A stretch of DNA of 64,000 bases from Opitutia bacterium (GTDB lineage Bacteria > Verrucomicrobiota > Verrucomicrobiia > Opitutales > Seribacteraceae). The notes under the pieces are model-generated. The model was given only the letters and a program-made list of their open reading frames with translations, was not told where the DNA came from and ran no database searches. The stretch lies in assembly GCA_018675995.1 (NCBI GenBank), contig JABGWZ010000065.1, forward strand, positions 783 to 64,782. The letters run 5' to 3'. Shown here piece after piece: positions 19,680 through 29,236 of this stretch (position 1 is its first letter; the number at the start of each line of letters is the position of its first letter). A program made the position numbers and the translations under genes.

Positions 19680-20153
19680 ATGCATTGTCCTAAGTGCTCT
19701 TCGGATGATTTGAAAGTCCTTGATACAAGGGCTGGAAAAATTGCGTCAACTCGCAGAAGAAGAGAATGTCAAGGATGTGGGCATCGGTTTTCCACAATTG
19801 AAGAAATCCTTAGAGAGGATTTGGTTGTGGTAAAAAGAGATGGTCGAAGAGAAAGCTTCGATCGGACAAAGCTGGCTATGGGGTTAAGACGTGCGATTGC
19901 TAAGCGCCCGATCGATGCAGAACAGATTAATGGTTTGCTGTCTAAAACTTTGCGTCAAATAGAAAACGAATTTGACGGTGAAGTGCCAAGCAGAGCAATT
20001 GCTGATGCAATTATGCTCAGACTCAAAAGTGTGGATGGAGTTGCATGGTTAAGATACGCAAGTTTTTATGAAGATTTCATGGGGATATCTCGATTCGTCG
20101 AGGAATTGGTTAACTTGGGTGGTGAAATAAAGGGTGACAAAAACGGCGGATAA
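19680..20153 (+). CDS. nrdR: Transcriptional repressor NrdR
   Basis: CPKC...RRRRECQGCGHRFSTIE zinc ribbon, VVKRDGRRESFD ATP-cone, LRYAS. Confidence 0.92.
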   Translation: MHCPKCSSDDLKVLDTRAGKIASTRRRRECQGCGHRFSTIEEILREDLVVVKRDGRRESFDRTKLAMGLRRAIAKRPIDAEQINGLLSKTLRQIENEFDGEVPSRAIADAIMLRLKSVDGVAWLRYASFYEDFMGISRFVEELVNLGGEIKGDKNGG

Positions 20154-20619
20154 AAAAGACGATTATACAAGACTACAAAATCTAAACGCATTGTTTTCCG
20201 TAATTGGGAGCACTTCTACGCGTGAGGAAACATTGCAGTTGCAAAGCACTCTCTCATTCTTGCGTGAAAACGACGATGTGAGATGTATGCCTGTGAAATC
20301 GTTTGAGCATTGTATTGATCAGGTGGTAAGATTCCACTTCCCGAACAAAAGAAGTTTTAATTACACGCATTGGAATGCAAGAGCCACAACGATCGATCCG
20401 TTATGGGTTCGAGCCGCAGTTGTTGAATTTGTGAATTCTTTCCAAAATATTCACAGAGGGTTACTTTTAGTTTCCGGTTTGCGAGAGTCTATGCTTAATC
20501 GAAGTAAGAGGTGGTCATCTAAAAAAGAGAAATGTTATCAGGAGACGAGAAATTCTATTGAAGAACTCGTATTGCACCACGCAGGAAAAGAACAGAACCT
20601 AAATGTTCTGTTCTTTTGA
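20134..20619 (+). CDS. Hypothetical protein overlapping nrdR
   Basis: 161-aa globular-looking ORF with a GTG start 20 nt inside nrdR. It fills the gap to pheA. Confidence 0.7.
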   Translation: MTKTADKKDDYTRLQNLNALFSVIGSTSTREETLQLQSTLSFLRENDDVRCMPVKSFEHCIDQVVRFHFPNKRSFNYTHWNARATTIDPLWVRAAVVEFVNSFQNIHRGLLLVSGLRESMLNRSKRWSSKKEKCYQETRNSIEELVLHHAGKEQNLNVLFF

Positions 20620-20627
20620 GATATAAT

Positions 20628-21707
20628 TTAAGAAGGCTCCTCCGGATAACTTCCGAGAAATTTGACCAATGTACAAGTTTGCTCAAGTTCTTTTAAAACC
20701 TCGCCAATTCCCTCCTCATCTCGATGGCCAATAAAATCGATAAAGAAATAATAGTCCCATGCTTTTAGCCGACTTGGACGAGACTCAATTTTGCATAAAT
20801 TGATCCCCCTTTCAGAAAAGGATTTCAAGGCATTCTTTAAGGCACCAATTTTATCCGACAGAGACAAAACTAAACTCGTTCTGTACCTAACTCCATCTCG
20901 TTGTGGTAGTGCATTTCGAGCCACTACCAAAAACCTAGTGACATTGTTTTTTCTGTCTTGAATTGCATCCGCTTGAGTAGGTACATCGTATATTCTACCA
21001 GCCATTTTACCGGCAATTGCTCCGAATGTTGACCCTGGCTCCAAATTTTTAACCGCTTCCGCAGTGCTAGTAATGGGAACAAGACGGGCCTTCGGTAAAT
21101 TTCTCCTTAACCATTCACCACATTGAGCCAGTGCCTGGTCTTTGGAATGGACCTCGTCAATCTCATCAACTTTACAAAAGCTGAAAAGAGAATGCTCAAC
21201 TTCCAAAAACACTTGTGCGATGATGGTTAGTTCGGTTTCAACAAGTAAATCAAGCGAGCGGTTCACTGCACCCTCTGTGGAGTTCTCAATCGGAACCACT
21301 CCGTAATCACATTCGCCGCACTCTACTGCCTCAAAAACATCAGGAATATCAGGAAGAGGGCGATATTTTAGTGTGGAACCAAAATTATTGACTGCTGCTT
21401 GATGAGTATAAGTGGCTTCGGGCCCAAGATATCCAATCACAAGATTCTTTTCCAAGGCGATTGACGCAGAAATAACCTCTCGATAAATCGTACGCATTGA
21501 TTCCTTGTGTAAAGGTCCTTTGTTTAAATCCTCAAGTTTATTAAAAACCTGCTCCTCTCGGGCCGGGTCGTATGGATCAACACCTAGCTCAGATTTGATA
21601 CGACCAATCTCAACCGCAGCTTGAACACGTTGATTAAGTAGCACAACGATCTGAGAATCGATTGCATCAATTTCCCCCCTCAGGGACTCTAAGTTTTTAT
21701 TTTTCAC
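20628..21707 (-). CDS. pheA: Chorismate mutase/prephenate dehydratase (P-protein)
   Basis: LRGEIDAID (CM), YLGPEATYT, PIENSTEG, NVTRFLV, and ACT domain IESRPS. Confidence 0.96.
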   Translation of the reverse strand: MKNKNLESLRGEIDAIDSQIVVLLNQRVQAAVEIGRIKSELGVDPYDPAREEQVFNKLEDLNKGPLHKESMRTIYREVISASIALEKNLVIGYLGPEATYTHQAAVNNFGSTLKYRPLPDIPDVFEAVECGECDYGVVPIENSTEGAVNRSLDLLVETELTIIAQVFLEVEHSLFSFCKVDEIDEVHSKDQALAQCGEWLRRNLPKARLVPITSTAEAVKNLEPGSTFGAIAGKMAGRIYDVPTQADAIQDRKNNVTRFLVVARNALPQRDGVRYRTSLVLSLSDKIGALKNALKSFSERGINLCKIESRPSRLKAWDYYFFIDFIGHRDEEGIGEVLKELEQTCTLVKFLGSYPEEPS

Positions 21708-21764
21708 AAAAAGGTTGTTGCGAATGAAGAAGATTTTCGTTGTTTTCGCAACTTCTTATCTAAC

Positions 21765-21792
21765 TTGATTTCAAACAAGATCAAACCATAAT
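21765..21792 (+). promoter_or_regulatory. Putative promoter for ilvD, near-leaderless
   Basis: TTGATT-N16-CATAAT, then 8 nt to ATG 21801. Confidence 0.45.
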
Positions 21793-21800
21793 AAATTTCC

Positions 21801-23492
21801 ATGAATTCATGCAACCGCAACTTTTCATCCATCGTAGTTGATGGCGATGATCGTGCCCCCAATCGTTCGATGCTCAGAGCAGTTGGCTTCGAAGACGAAG
21901 ACTTTGAGAAACCACAGGTAGCTGTTTGTTCTGCCTGGAGTATGGTCACTCCATGTAATTCCCATCTTGATGAATTAGGTAAAGCATCAGTCAAAGGAGT
22001 TGATGAAGCAGGGGGAAAAGCGGTTCCTTTTGGAACTATAACCGTTTCAGATGGAATTAGTATGGGTACACCAGGAATGAGGTATTCCTTAGTATCTCGG
22101 GAAGTAATTGCAGATTCAATTGAAACTGTTGTTGGAGCTGAGGGAATGGACGGTTTAGTAGCCATCGGAGGATGTGATAAAAATATGCCAGCCTGCGTTA
22201 TGGCTTTGGCTAGACTAAACAGGCCGGGAATTTTTGTTTATGGGGGAACGATCCTGCCAGGTATTCATAAGGAAAAAAACCTCGATATAGTATCTGTGTT
22301 TGAGGCTGTCGGTTCACATGCTGGTGGTTCGATCGATAAGGAAGAACTTACTGCCATTGAAAAAAAAGCCATTCCTGGGCCTGGTTCCTGTGGCGGAATG
22401 TACACGGCGAATACAATGTCATCTGCTATAGAAGCACTGGGAATGAGCTTGCCTGACAGTTCTGCACAACTTGCAGTTTCTGAAGATAAAAAAATCGATG
22501 CCAAAGATGCTGGTGCTGCAGTTGTTAACCTAATTGAAAAAGATATTAAGCCAAGGGATATCATGATCCGAAAGGCTTTTGAAAACGCAATAACCGTTGT
22601 TATCACATTAGGCGGCTCAACTAACGCGGTTCTCCACCTTATAGCAATGGCTCATTCAGCGGATGTTCCGCTTGGACTAGACGACTTTACGGCAATCGGT
22701 AAACGGGTTCCCGTTCTTTGTGACCTCAAGCCAAGTGGAAAATACAACATGTCCCATTTTGTCAGAATCGGAGGTCTTCGTCCCCTTCTTAAAACTCTTT
22801 TGGAAGAAGGACTGCTGCATGGTGATTGTATGACTGTAACTGGAAAAACTCTTGCTGAAAATATCTCTGATGCAGAACCTTATGCACCCTACCCTAAAGG
22901 ACAGGATCTAGTTCGTCCATTTAATGAACCGATTAAAAAAGATAGTCACCTCCGCATTCTATATGGCAATCTTGCTGCTGAAGGTGCTGTGGCAAAAATT
23001 ACCGGAAAAGAAGGTCTGAAATTTAATGGAAAAGCCATTGTATTCGACTCCGAGGAACAATCTATTCGCTCGATTCTCAATGGAGATGTCAAAGCTGGAC
23101 ATGTGGTAGTAATTCGTAACGAAGGACCAGTAGGTGGACCAGGAATGCGTGAAATGCTTTCACCCACATCTGCAATAATGGGCAAAGGACTAGGTAAGGA
23201 TGTTGCCCTTATAACAGACGGGAGATTTTCCGGTGGAAGCCACGGTTTCGTTGTTGGTCATATTACCCCAGAGGCAGCAGTGGGTGGCTTAATTGGTCTT
23301 TTGGAAAATAATGACCCCATTACAATCGATGCCGAAAAAAATCTGCTTACTCTAGATCTGCCTGACGAAGAAATAGAGCAAAGAAAATCAATCTGGGAAC
23401 AACCCGAACCAATAGAAAAACGGGGCGTTCTCGCCAAATATGCAAAACTGGTAAGCTCAGCATCACTGGGTGCCATTACAGACGGAGATTAA
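21801..23492 (+). CDS. ilvD: Dihydroxy-acid dehydratase
   Basis: [49 protein letters not shown]. Confidence 0.97.
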   Translation: MNSCNRNFSSIVVDGDDRAPNRSMLRAVGFEDEDFEKPQVAVCSAWSMVTPCNSHLDELGKASVKGVDEAGGKAVPFGTITVSDGISMGTPGMRYSLVSREVIADSIETVVGAEGMDGLVAIGGCDKNMPACVMALARLNRPGIFVYGGTILPGIHKEKNLDIVSVFEAVGSHAGGSIDKEELTAIEKKAIPGPGSCGGMYTANTMSSAIEALGMSLPDSSAQLAVSEDKKIDAKDAGAAVVNLIEKDIKPRDIMIRKAFENAITVVITLGGSTNAVLHLIAMAHSADVPLGLDDFTAIGKRVPVLCDLKPSGKYNMSHFVRIGGLRPLLKTLLEEGLLHGDCMTVTGKTLAENISDAEPYAPYPKGQDLVRPFNEPIKKDSHLRILYGNLAAEGAVAKITGKEGLKFNGKAIVFDSEEQSIRSILNGDVKAGHVVVIRNEGPVGGPGMREMLSPTSAIMGKGLGKDVALITDGRFSGGSHGFVVGHITPEAAVGGLIGLLENNDPITIDAEKNLLTLDLPDEEIEQRKSIWEQPEPIEKRGVLAKYAKLVSSASLGAITDGD

Positions 23493-23499
23493 TATTTTT

Positions 23500-25068
23500 A
23501 TGAAACCCGAACTCTATTTATCACATCCGGAAGCTCATTTTTGGGCAGATTTTTCCTTTGTTGATTTCCCTAATGACTATTTAGATGAAATGAAAGGATC
23601 GATAGAAGATGCTCTCGCACAAATGAAGAAATTGGAAGGAGGCTCAATAGCTAACCCCGACGAGAACAGAATGGTCGGCCATTATTGGCTGCGTAATCCA
23701 AGTTTAGCACCAAGCAAGGAAATTTCATCTGCAATTCAATCTACGCTTACGAAAATCAAAGATATTACCGATCATATTAGCTCGGGATCTCTTAAGTCAC
23801 CACACGGCAAATTTACTGATCTGTTAGTTATTGGCATAGGCGGCTCAGCATTAGGTCCTCAATTTGTTGGGCGAGCACTGGGACACCCAAAATCTGATTT
23901 GCTCAAGGTTCACTTTTTTGACAACACAGACCCTGATGGTATTGACCTGACATTGGCCGAAATTGGCCCTGCTCTTAAAACAACCCTCGTTCTAGTTATC
24001 TCAAAGTCGGGTGGAACAGCAGAAACCAGAAACGGGATGCTAGAAGCTGAAAATGCTTTCCAAAATGCCGGACTAAGCTTTCCCGCACATACGATCGCTA
24101 TTACTGGTGAGGGCAGCAAACTTCATTTACATGCAAAAGAAAAAGGTTGGCTCGATTTCCTACCAATGTGGGACTGGGTTGGCGGAAGGACTAGTGAAAC
24201 CGCTGCTGTTGGGCTTATGCCAGCAATACTACAGGGAATCGACATAGACGACTTTCTTCTTGGAGCAAGCCAAATGGATGAGCTTACTAGAAATTCCAAT
24301 TTCAAAGAAAACCCTGCAGCTATGCTTGCCCTTTCCTGGCACCTTCTAACAGAAGGCAAAGGTGCAAAAGATATGGTTATTCTGCCCTACAAAGACAGGC
24401 TTGAGTTGTTTGCAAAATACCTACAACAACTCATCATGGAATCCCTAGGAAAAGAAAAAGATTTAGATGGAAATATTGTCCTTCAAGGAATTTCAGTTTA
24501 CGGAAATAAAGGATCAACTGACCAACACGCCTATGTACAGCAATTAAGGGAGGGAGTTCCAAATTTCTTTGCCACTTTTATTGAAGTTCTTAAACATCGA
24601 GATAACCCATCTATTGATGTGGATGAAGATGGAATGAGTACAGGCGATTACCTACATGGGTTTTTCCTTGGTACAAGAGATGCCCTATATGAAAAAAATC
24701 GAAAATCTATCACACTTACCATTTCTGAAGTTACCCCTGCATCAATTGGACGCTTAATTGCTCTATTTGAAAGAACTGTAGGGTTGTATGCGTATCTTAC
24801 AAATATCAATGCATATCACCAACCTGGCGTCGAAGCCGGCAAAAAAGCAGCTTCTGCGGTACTTGAGATTAGAAAATTAGTTACAGATGCATTAATATCC
24901 AATCCAGGTCGCGAACAAAATGCTTCTGAAATTGCCGTAATGATTAATAAACCAAAAAATGAGAAATGGGTCTTCAAAATTCTAGAAAGCCTCTCGATTA
25001 ACCAACCTGAAAAAGTCATACGAAAAAGTATGAGGCATCCATTACAGGATCGGTTTATTTATCGATAG
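23500..25068 (+). CDS. pgi: Glucose-6-phosphate isomerase
   Basis: DENRMVGHYWLR, IGIGGSALG, ISKSGGTAET, WVGGRTS, QQLIMESLGK, QPGVEAGK. ATG 23500 (7 nt after the ilvD stop) is preferred to 23470. Confidence 0.96.
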   Translation: MKPELYLSHPEAHFWADFSFVDFPNDYLDEMKGSIEDALAQMKKLEGGSIANPDENRMVGHYWLRNPSLAPSKEISSAIQSTLTKIKDITDHISSGSLKSPHGKFTDLLVIGIGGSALGPQFVGRALGHPKSDLLKVHFFDNTDPDGIDLTLAEIGPALKTTLVLVISKSGGTAETRNGMLEAENAFQNAGLSFPAHTIAITGEGSKLHLHAKEKGWLDFLPMWDWVGGRTSETAAVGLMPAILQGIDIDDFLLGASQMDELTRNSNFKENPAAMLALSWHLLTEGKGAKDMVILPYKDRLELFAKYLQQLIMESLGKEKDLDGNIVLQGISVYGNKGSTDQHAYVQQLREGVPNFFATFIEVLKHRDNPSIDVDEDGMSTGDYLHGFFLGTRDALYEKNRKSITLTISEVTPASIGRLIALFERTVGLYAYLTNINAYHQPGVEAGKKAASAVLEIRKLVTDALISNPGREQNASEIAVMINKPKNEKWVFKILESLSINQPEKVIRKSMRHPLQDRFIYR

Positions 25069-25181
25069 CTTATTTACAACAAACTTGATTCTAATTAAAA
25101 ACTGTAAATTATAGTACTGTCTAATTAGTAGCTAATTTTTTTGGTTGATAATCTGGCATAAAAAAAATTTCAATATCTCTA

Positions 25182-25547
25182 ATGTCACATACACTAAATA
25201 AAGATGGTACACCTCGAAAAGTAGGTAGTGGAAAAACAAAGGGAGCCGGTTGCTATGGGGAAATAAGCTGGAAGCAACTGAAAAAGGTAATTGCCGAAGA
25301 TGTAAAATTTCCTGTTAGCCGTGTTTGGCTTAAAAATGTAGGTCTTCATATCGAACCTGCTAGTGAAGTCACAAAAGCTGTTAAAGTTGATACAAAAAAA
25401 GATACTAGCAAACTGCCTACACCCAAAGTCATTCATATTCAAAAGGGAAAAGGAAAAACTGATAAAAGTTTGGAACTTGGTGAAAGTAAAACTTATGACC
25501 CGCCCCCACTTTTTGCCTCCGGGGAGATTAATTTTGACCAATTCTAG
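25182..25547 (+). CDS. Small basic hypothetical protein
   Basis: 121-aa Lys/Gly-rich ORF with an ATG start in an otherwise empty interval. Confidence 0.7.
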   Translation: MSHTLNKDGTPRKVGSGKTKGAGCYGEISWKQLKKVIAEDVKFPVSRVWLKNVGLHIEPASEVTKAVKVDTKKDTSKLPTPKVIHIQKGKGKTDKSLELGESKTYDPPPLFASGEINFDQF

Positions 25548-25596
25548 AAAATAAGGACTTAAAGAAATAAATGAGGCAAATCTCCCCAACTCAAAT

Positions 25597-26199
25597 CTAA
25601 AGGGGTGGCAATCCAGGCGGAAGGGGACCAAAAGGAGACTCTTGCGGAGTTAAATCTCCATTTGGCTCAACTGACAAACTATCTATTGGTAGAGGTGCAA
25701 ATGGTGGAAGTTCATTATTCGGCGGGCTCGTTACATCAGGAAGGTCAGCAGGAGGAAGAATGAGCTCATTTGGAACGGGGAAATTATCATCCTCTCTTTC
25801 CTCCTTAGTTTCAATACCCAAACTTTCGGTAACTACAGTATCGTTTGGTGCCTCCTCCTCGGAAGGAGTTTCAGCATTTGGAAGATCCGATGTGACTGGT
25901 TCACCATCTGTTTTTAGATCCTCCTTTTTCACATCTCGCTCCCACCATTCCCTGTAAACAAGCGTGCCATCTTCTTTATACTCCTGGACTGCTCCCCAGC
26001 GAGAACCTCCGATCATTGGTATAATAAGCCTTCTTTCAGGATCATATTTGTGCTGTGCCCTCCACACTTTTTCAACTTTAGCGACTGGTTTCGAATAAAG
26101 ATTAGGCGGTTGAGTTCTATAAGAGTAATTCTTACCGGCATTGCAGGAACAAAAAAGGAGCAAAACCAAACTTAAAAATTGTGGTATTAATCTTTTCAT
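25597..26199 (-). CDS. Uncharacterised lipoprotein with acidic/Pro-rich tail (paralog of 30973..31587)
   Basis: Signal peptide ending LLLFCSC, a 48-aa domain alignable to the 31-kb lipoprotein, and C-terminus SPFGPLPPGLPPL. Confidence 0.8.
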   Translation of the reverse strand: MKRLIPQFLSLVLLLFCSCNAGKNYSYRTQPPNLYSKPVAKVEKVWRAQHKYDPERRLIIPMIGGSRWGAVQEYKEDGTLVYREWWERDVKKEDLKTDGEPVTSDLPNAETPSEEEAPNDTVVTESLGIETKEEREDDNFPVPNELILPPADLPDVTSPPNNELPPFAPLPIDSLSVEPNGDLTPQESPFGPLPPGLPPL

Positions 26200-26226
26200 T
26201 TTGGAGATAGTATAAATGGAAATATC

Positions 26227-26694
26227 TTATTTAATACTTGATAACAATCGTAACTTATTTGAACTCATACTAAAGCATTCAATCTCACCAGATTCCATAT
26301 TGCAACGATAGATCCACCTTTCATTTTCATCACAGATAAATTGGTACTTTTTTAAACTCTCTTTAGATTTATTATCTAAAAAGAGTTTAATAAAGGAATT
26401 TTCCAATCTTTGATAATCTATGGAAACCGGTTCAGGATATGATCTTTTGATTTCTAAGACCAAGTCATTGAAATACTTCTGCAATTTAATTTCAATATCA
26501 TGCGCTAATAAAAGCTCATGTTCAGTACCGCTAGGAATTTCAACTCCAATATCACTTTTTTCAGAGAATTCAATGCCACCTACCGAGCTATTATTATCTG
26601 TAAATGAGGGCTTTTTATCCTCTATCGTGCATCCCTCAAAAATAAAAAAGGAAATTAAAAAAAGGATCCTGAAACTTAAATTAAGATTAAACAT
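26227..26694 (-). CDS. Hypothetical exported protein, possible lipoprotein
   Basis: Hydrophobic N-terminus ending FIFEGC (non-canonical lipobox). Co-oriented 27 nt upstream of the lipoprotein gene. Confidence 0.6.
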   Translation of the reverse strand: MFNLNLSFRILFLISFFIFEGCTIEDKKPSFTDNNSSVGGIEFSEKSDIGVEIPSGTEHELLLAHDIEIKLQKYFNDLVLEIKRSYPEPVSIDYQRLENSFIKLFLDNKSKESLKKYQFICDENERWIYRCNMESGEIECFSMSSNKLRLLSSIK

Positions 26695-26796
26695 GACTAT
26701 TGTTTTGAAGAAAATCCATCAATCGTCAAATCAAAGGTTTTTGATTGTAAACGATAATTGTTTGCCAGCATTTAGAAAAATGCTTTGCTTCAAAAT

Positions 26797-27786
26797 ATGG
26801 GAAATAAAATCCGATGGGGAATTTTAGGGACTGGAAGAATTGCTCGTGCCTTCGCTGAGGGATTAAAACACACCATAAATGGGGAACTAATCGCAATTGC
26901 TTCGCGCACATTTGAATCTGCTCAATCCTTTGCAAATGAATGGGAAATACCACATGCATTTGGTTCATACGAGGAGTTAGCTGGAAGCGAACTGTTAGAT
27001 GCGGTTTATATTGCGACTCCTCATACAGAGCATCTAAAAAATGCGGTTCTTTGCATGGAGAAAAGAAAAGCCGTTTTGTGCGAAAAACCCCTTGCAATCA
27101 ATGCCTATCAAGTAAGTGAAATGATCCAAAAAGCTAAGGAACATGATGTTCTTTTAATGGAAGGTATGTGGTCAAGGTTCCCTCCTCTAATGCATGAGGT
27201 AAGAAGGTTGATTCAAGAAAATGAAATTGGTGAGATTCGCACAATTCATGCTGACTTTGGCTTTAGACCAGAGCACAAAGATCCAGAAGGTCGCCTTTTT
27301 AATCCGAATCTTGGCGGCGGTTCCCTCCTCGATGTTGGAATTTACCCTTTATCTTTTTCATCCATGCTTAATGGAAAACCAAAAAGTTTTGTAACTGATT
27401 GGACTCGCGGTGAAACTGGAGTGGACGAGCAAGCCTCAATCATTTTGAAATACCCCAATGGTAGTATGGCAATCCTTCACTCATCTATTCAATCTGACAC
27501 CAATCAGGAAGCATTCATATCTGGTACTGAAGGAACGATTAAAATACACAAACAGTGTTGGAGACCTCAAAAAATCACGATCAGTACTCGGAAGAATTCT
27601 AAAAACAAAGTTATTGAACTCCCTTTTTCAGGGAATGGCTTTAATTACGAAGCTGAACATTTCAGTCAGTTATTAATTGATGGCAAAAAAGAGAGCGATA
27701 TCATGAGCCTTAACGAAAGCCTGGAGATCATTACCCTACTAGATGAAATAAGGGGTAGTTGGGGTTTTTCATACCCTTTCGAATGA
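26797..27786 (+). CDS. Gfo/Idh/MocA family oxidoreductase
   Basis: IRWGILGTGRIA, AVYIATPHTEH, LCEKP, GGGSLLDVGIYP. ATG 26797 is preferred. Confidence 0.92.
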   Translation: MGNKIRWGILGTGRIARAFAEGLKHTINGELIAIASRTFESAQSFANEWEIPHAFGSYEELAGSELLDAVYIATPHTEHLKNAVLCMEKRKAVLCEKPLAINAYQVSEMIQKAKEHDVLLMEGMWSRFPPLMHEVRRLIQENEIGEIRTIHADFGFRPEHKDPEGRLFNPNLGGGSLLDVGIYPLSFSSMLNGKPKSFVTDWTRGETGVDEQASIILKYPNGSMAILHSSIQSDTNQEAFISGTEGTIKIHKQCWRPQKITISTRKNSKNKVIELPFSGNGFNYEAEHFSQLLIDGKKESDIMSLNESLEIITLLDEIRGSWGFSYPFE

Positions 27787-27791
27787 AATAG

Positions 27792-28562
27792 CTAATTTTT
27801 TTTCGGTGGTCTTTTGTACCAAAACCAACACATCAATCTACTTTTTAAAGCCCACGGAAATAGAACAGGGATCATCATTGATAATAAAATCTGTAATGGA
27901 CTAAACCAAGAAAGTTTCCTCGAGGATGTCACCACTGGAAACTGGTCTATTATCTCAAAGATCTCTCCATTTGCCCGGCATAGTCTTTTATAATTAATTG
28001 AAAAGAGAATTTCTTCACCTGCAAATAACTTTTCAGAGAACCCCCCTATTTTTTCGAAATATTCTTTTCGACAGAATACAAAGCTACCGGCTGCAATTCT
28101 GAAATTTTTAGATATACATGTCCAGAGCTTTGGAACAAGAGACCCAAAAAAGAATTGGTTTTGATGGTCATCAAAAACGAGCGTCGAGCCACCACCCGCA
28201 CAAGACCTTGATTTCAGCCTTTCAAGAACATTTGCCAATAACGATTGAGATATAAATGTGTCAGCATCAATGAAAAAAAGATAGTTGCCACTTGCCTTAC
28301 AAGCACCAGCATTTCTTGCTTTCGAAATCTGGTTTACAGGTTCAAAAACAACTATTGCACCTTTGGACTTAGCAATATCTGAAGTTTTGTCGTTCGAATT
28401 ATTATCAACTACAATAATCTCACCTTTAAAGTTAGAGATTCCATTTATGCAACGATTAAGATGGTCGAGCATTCCCCCTAGGAGTGCCTCTTCGTTGTAA
28501 GCAGGAACTATTACAGAAAAATGCACAAAGTCATTTTTCCTAATCTGTCCTTTAACAGGCAA
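27792..28562 (-). CDS. Glycosyltransferase family 2
   Basis: SVIVPAYNEE, IIVVDNNSND, ARNAGA, FIDADT, VVTSSRK. Confidence 0.9.
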   Translation of the reverse strand: MPVKGQIRKNDFVHFSVIVPAYNEEALLGGMLDHLNRCINGISNFKGEIIVVDNNSNDKTSDIAKSKGAIVVFEPVNQISKARNAGACKASGNYLFFIDADTFISQSLLANVLERLKSRSCAGGGSTLVFDDHQNQFFFGSLVPKLWTCISKNFRIAAGSFVFCRKEYFEKIGGFSEKLFAGEEILFSINYKRLCRANGEIFEIIDQFPVVTSSRKLSWFSPLQILLSMMIPVLFPWALKSRLMCWFWYKRPPKKN

Positions 28563-28579
28563 TTCGTACTTTAATGATG

Positions 28580-29152
28580 TTATTTAGAAAACTTTTTAGC
28601 TCTTTTGCTAATCCCAAATGAAAGTCCTGAAATCCAACCTTCCATTCTTGCCTTTGGTCGCTGAGAGTAAACATCACTATCTCCTACACTATTAATCATT
28701 TTTTCACCTGATATATCAGATGCAATTTCATTTAAGGTCGGAACATTTACACCATGGTCTTCAACCTTTTTATGCAGAAAAGCTAACCGATCGATCTCCA
28801 ACTGCTCAGATAAACTGGCTAAAGTTTGCCTAAATTGAGCAACATCTCCATTCCCATTAAGTACATCGGAATTTACTTCCGAAATTGCACTATTGTCAGA
28901 CTCAGGGGAATTAATATTTTCGGTTTCAGCATGCATGGAACCAGAATCTATATCACCACCCAAAGACGATCTAGAATCATCATCGGCAGGTACAGTAACA
29001 GAATCTGAATCTGATGGTGCATGACTAATTTCAATAGTCTGAGCATCCTCAACGGGATCTAAGTTTTTATCAGCAGCAAAGGCTTCTTCTGATGCATCGG
29101 CATCCGATGCGGAAGAAGAGTCACTATTATTTTCTTCGGGGGGGGTATCCAC
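28580..29152 (-). CDS. Acidic low-complexity hypothetical protein
   Basis: 190-aa ORF with a D/E/S-rich first 100 aa, a helical middle and a basic C-terminus. GTG start. Confidence 0.7.
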   Translation of the reverse strand: MDTPPEENNSDSSSASDADASEEAFAADKNLDPVEDAQTIEISHAPSDSDSVTVPADDDSRSSLGGDIDSGSMHAETENINSPESDNSAISEVNSDVLNGNGDVAQFRQTLASLSEQLEIDRLAFLHKKVEDHGVNVPTLNEIASDISGEKMINSVGDSDVYSQRPKARMEGWISGLSFGISKRAKKFSK

Positions 29153-29236
29153 AACAGTATTAATTGAATTAAAATGAAGAATGGTGCAATAAAAATTTAA
29201 AGCAAGAAATTTTCAGAAAATATATCTAACAAAATA

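Noticed and set aside
21704-22165. 153-aa minus-strand ORF
   Set aside because: Antisense shadow of ilvD and the intergenic region, with no recognisable motif.
23470-23499. Longer pgi start overlapping ilvD
   Set aside because: ATG 23500 just after the ilvD stop is more plausible, and the extra 10 aa add nothing recognisable.
25123-25142. AATTAG-TAG-CTAATT hairpin plus T-run after pgi
   Set aside because: The stem is almost all A/T with a 3-nt loop, too weak to call a terminator.
25194-25631. 145-aa minus-strand ORF
   Set aside because: Phe-rich antisense shadow of the Lys-rich plus-strand gene.
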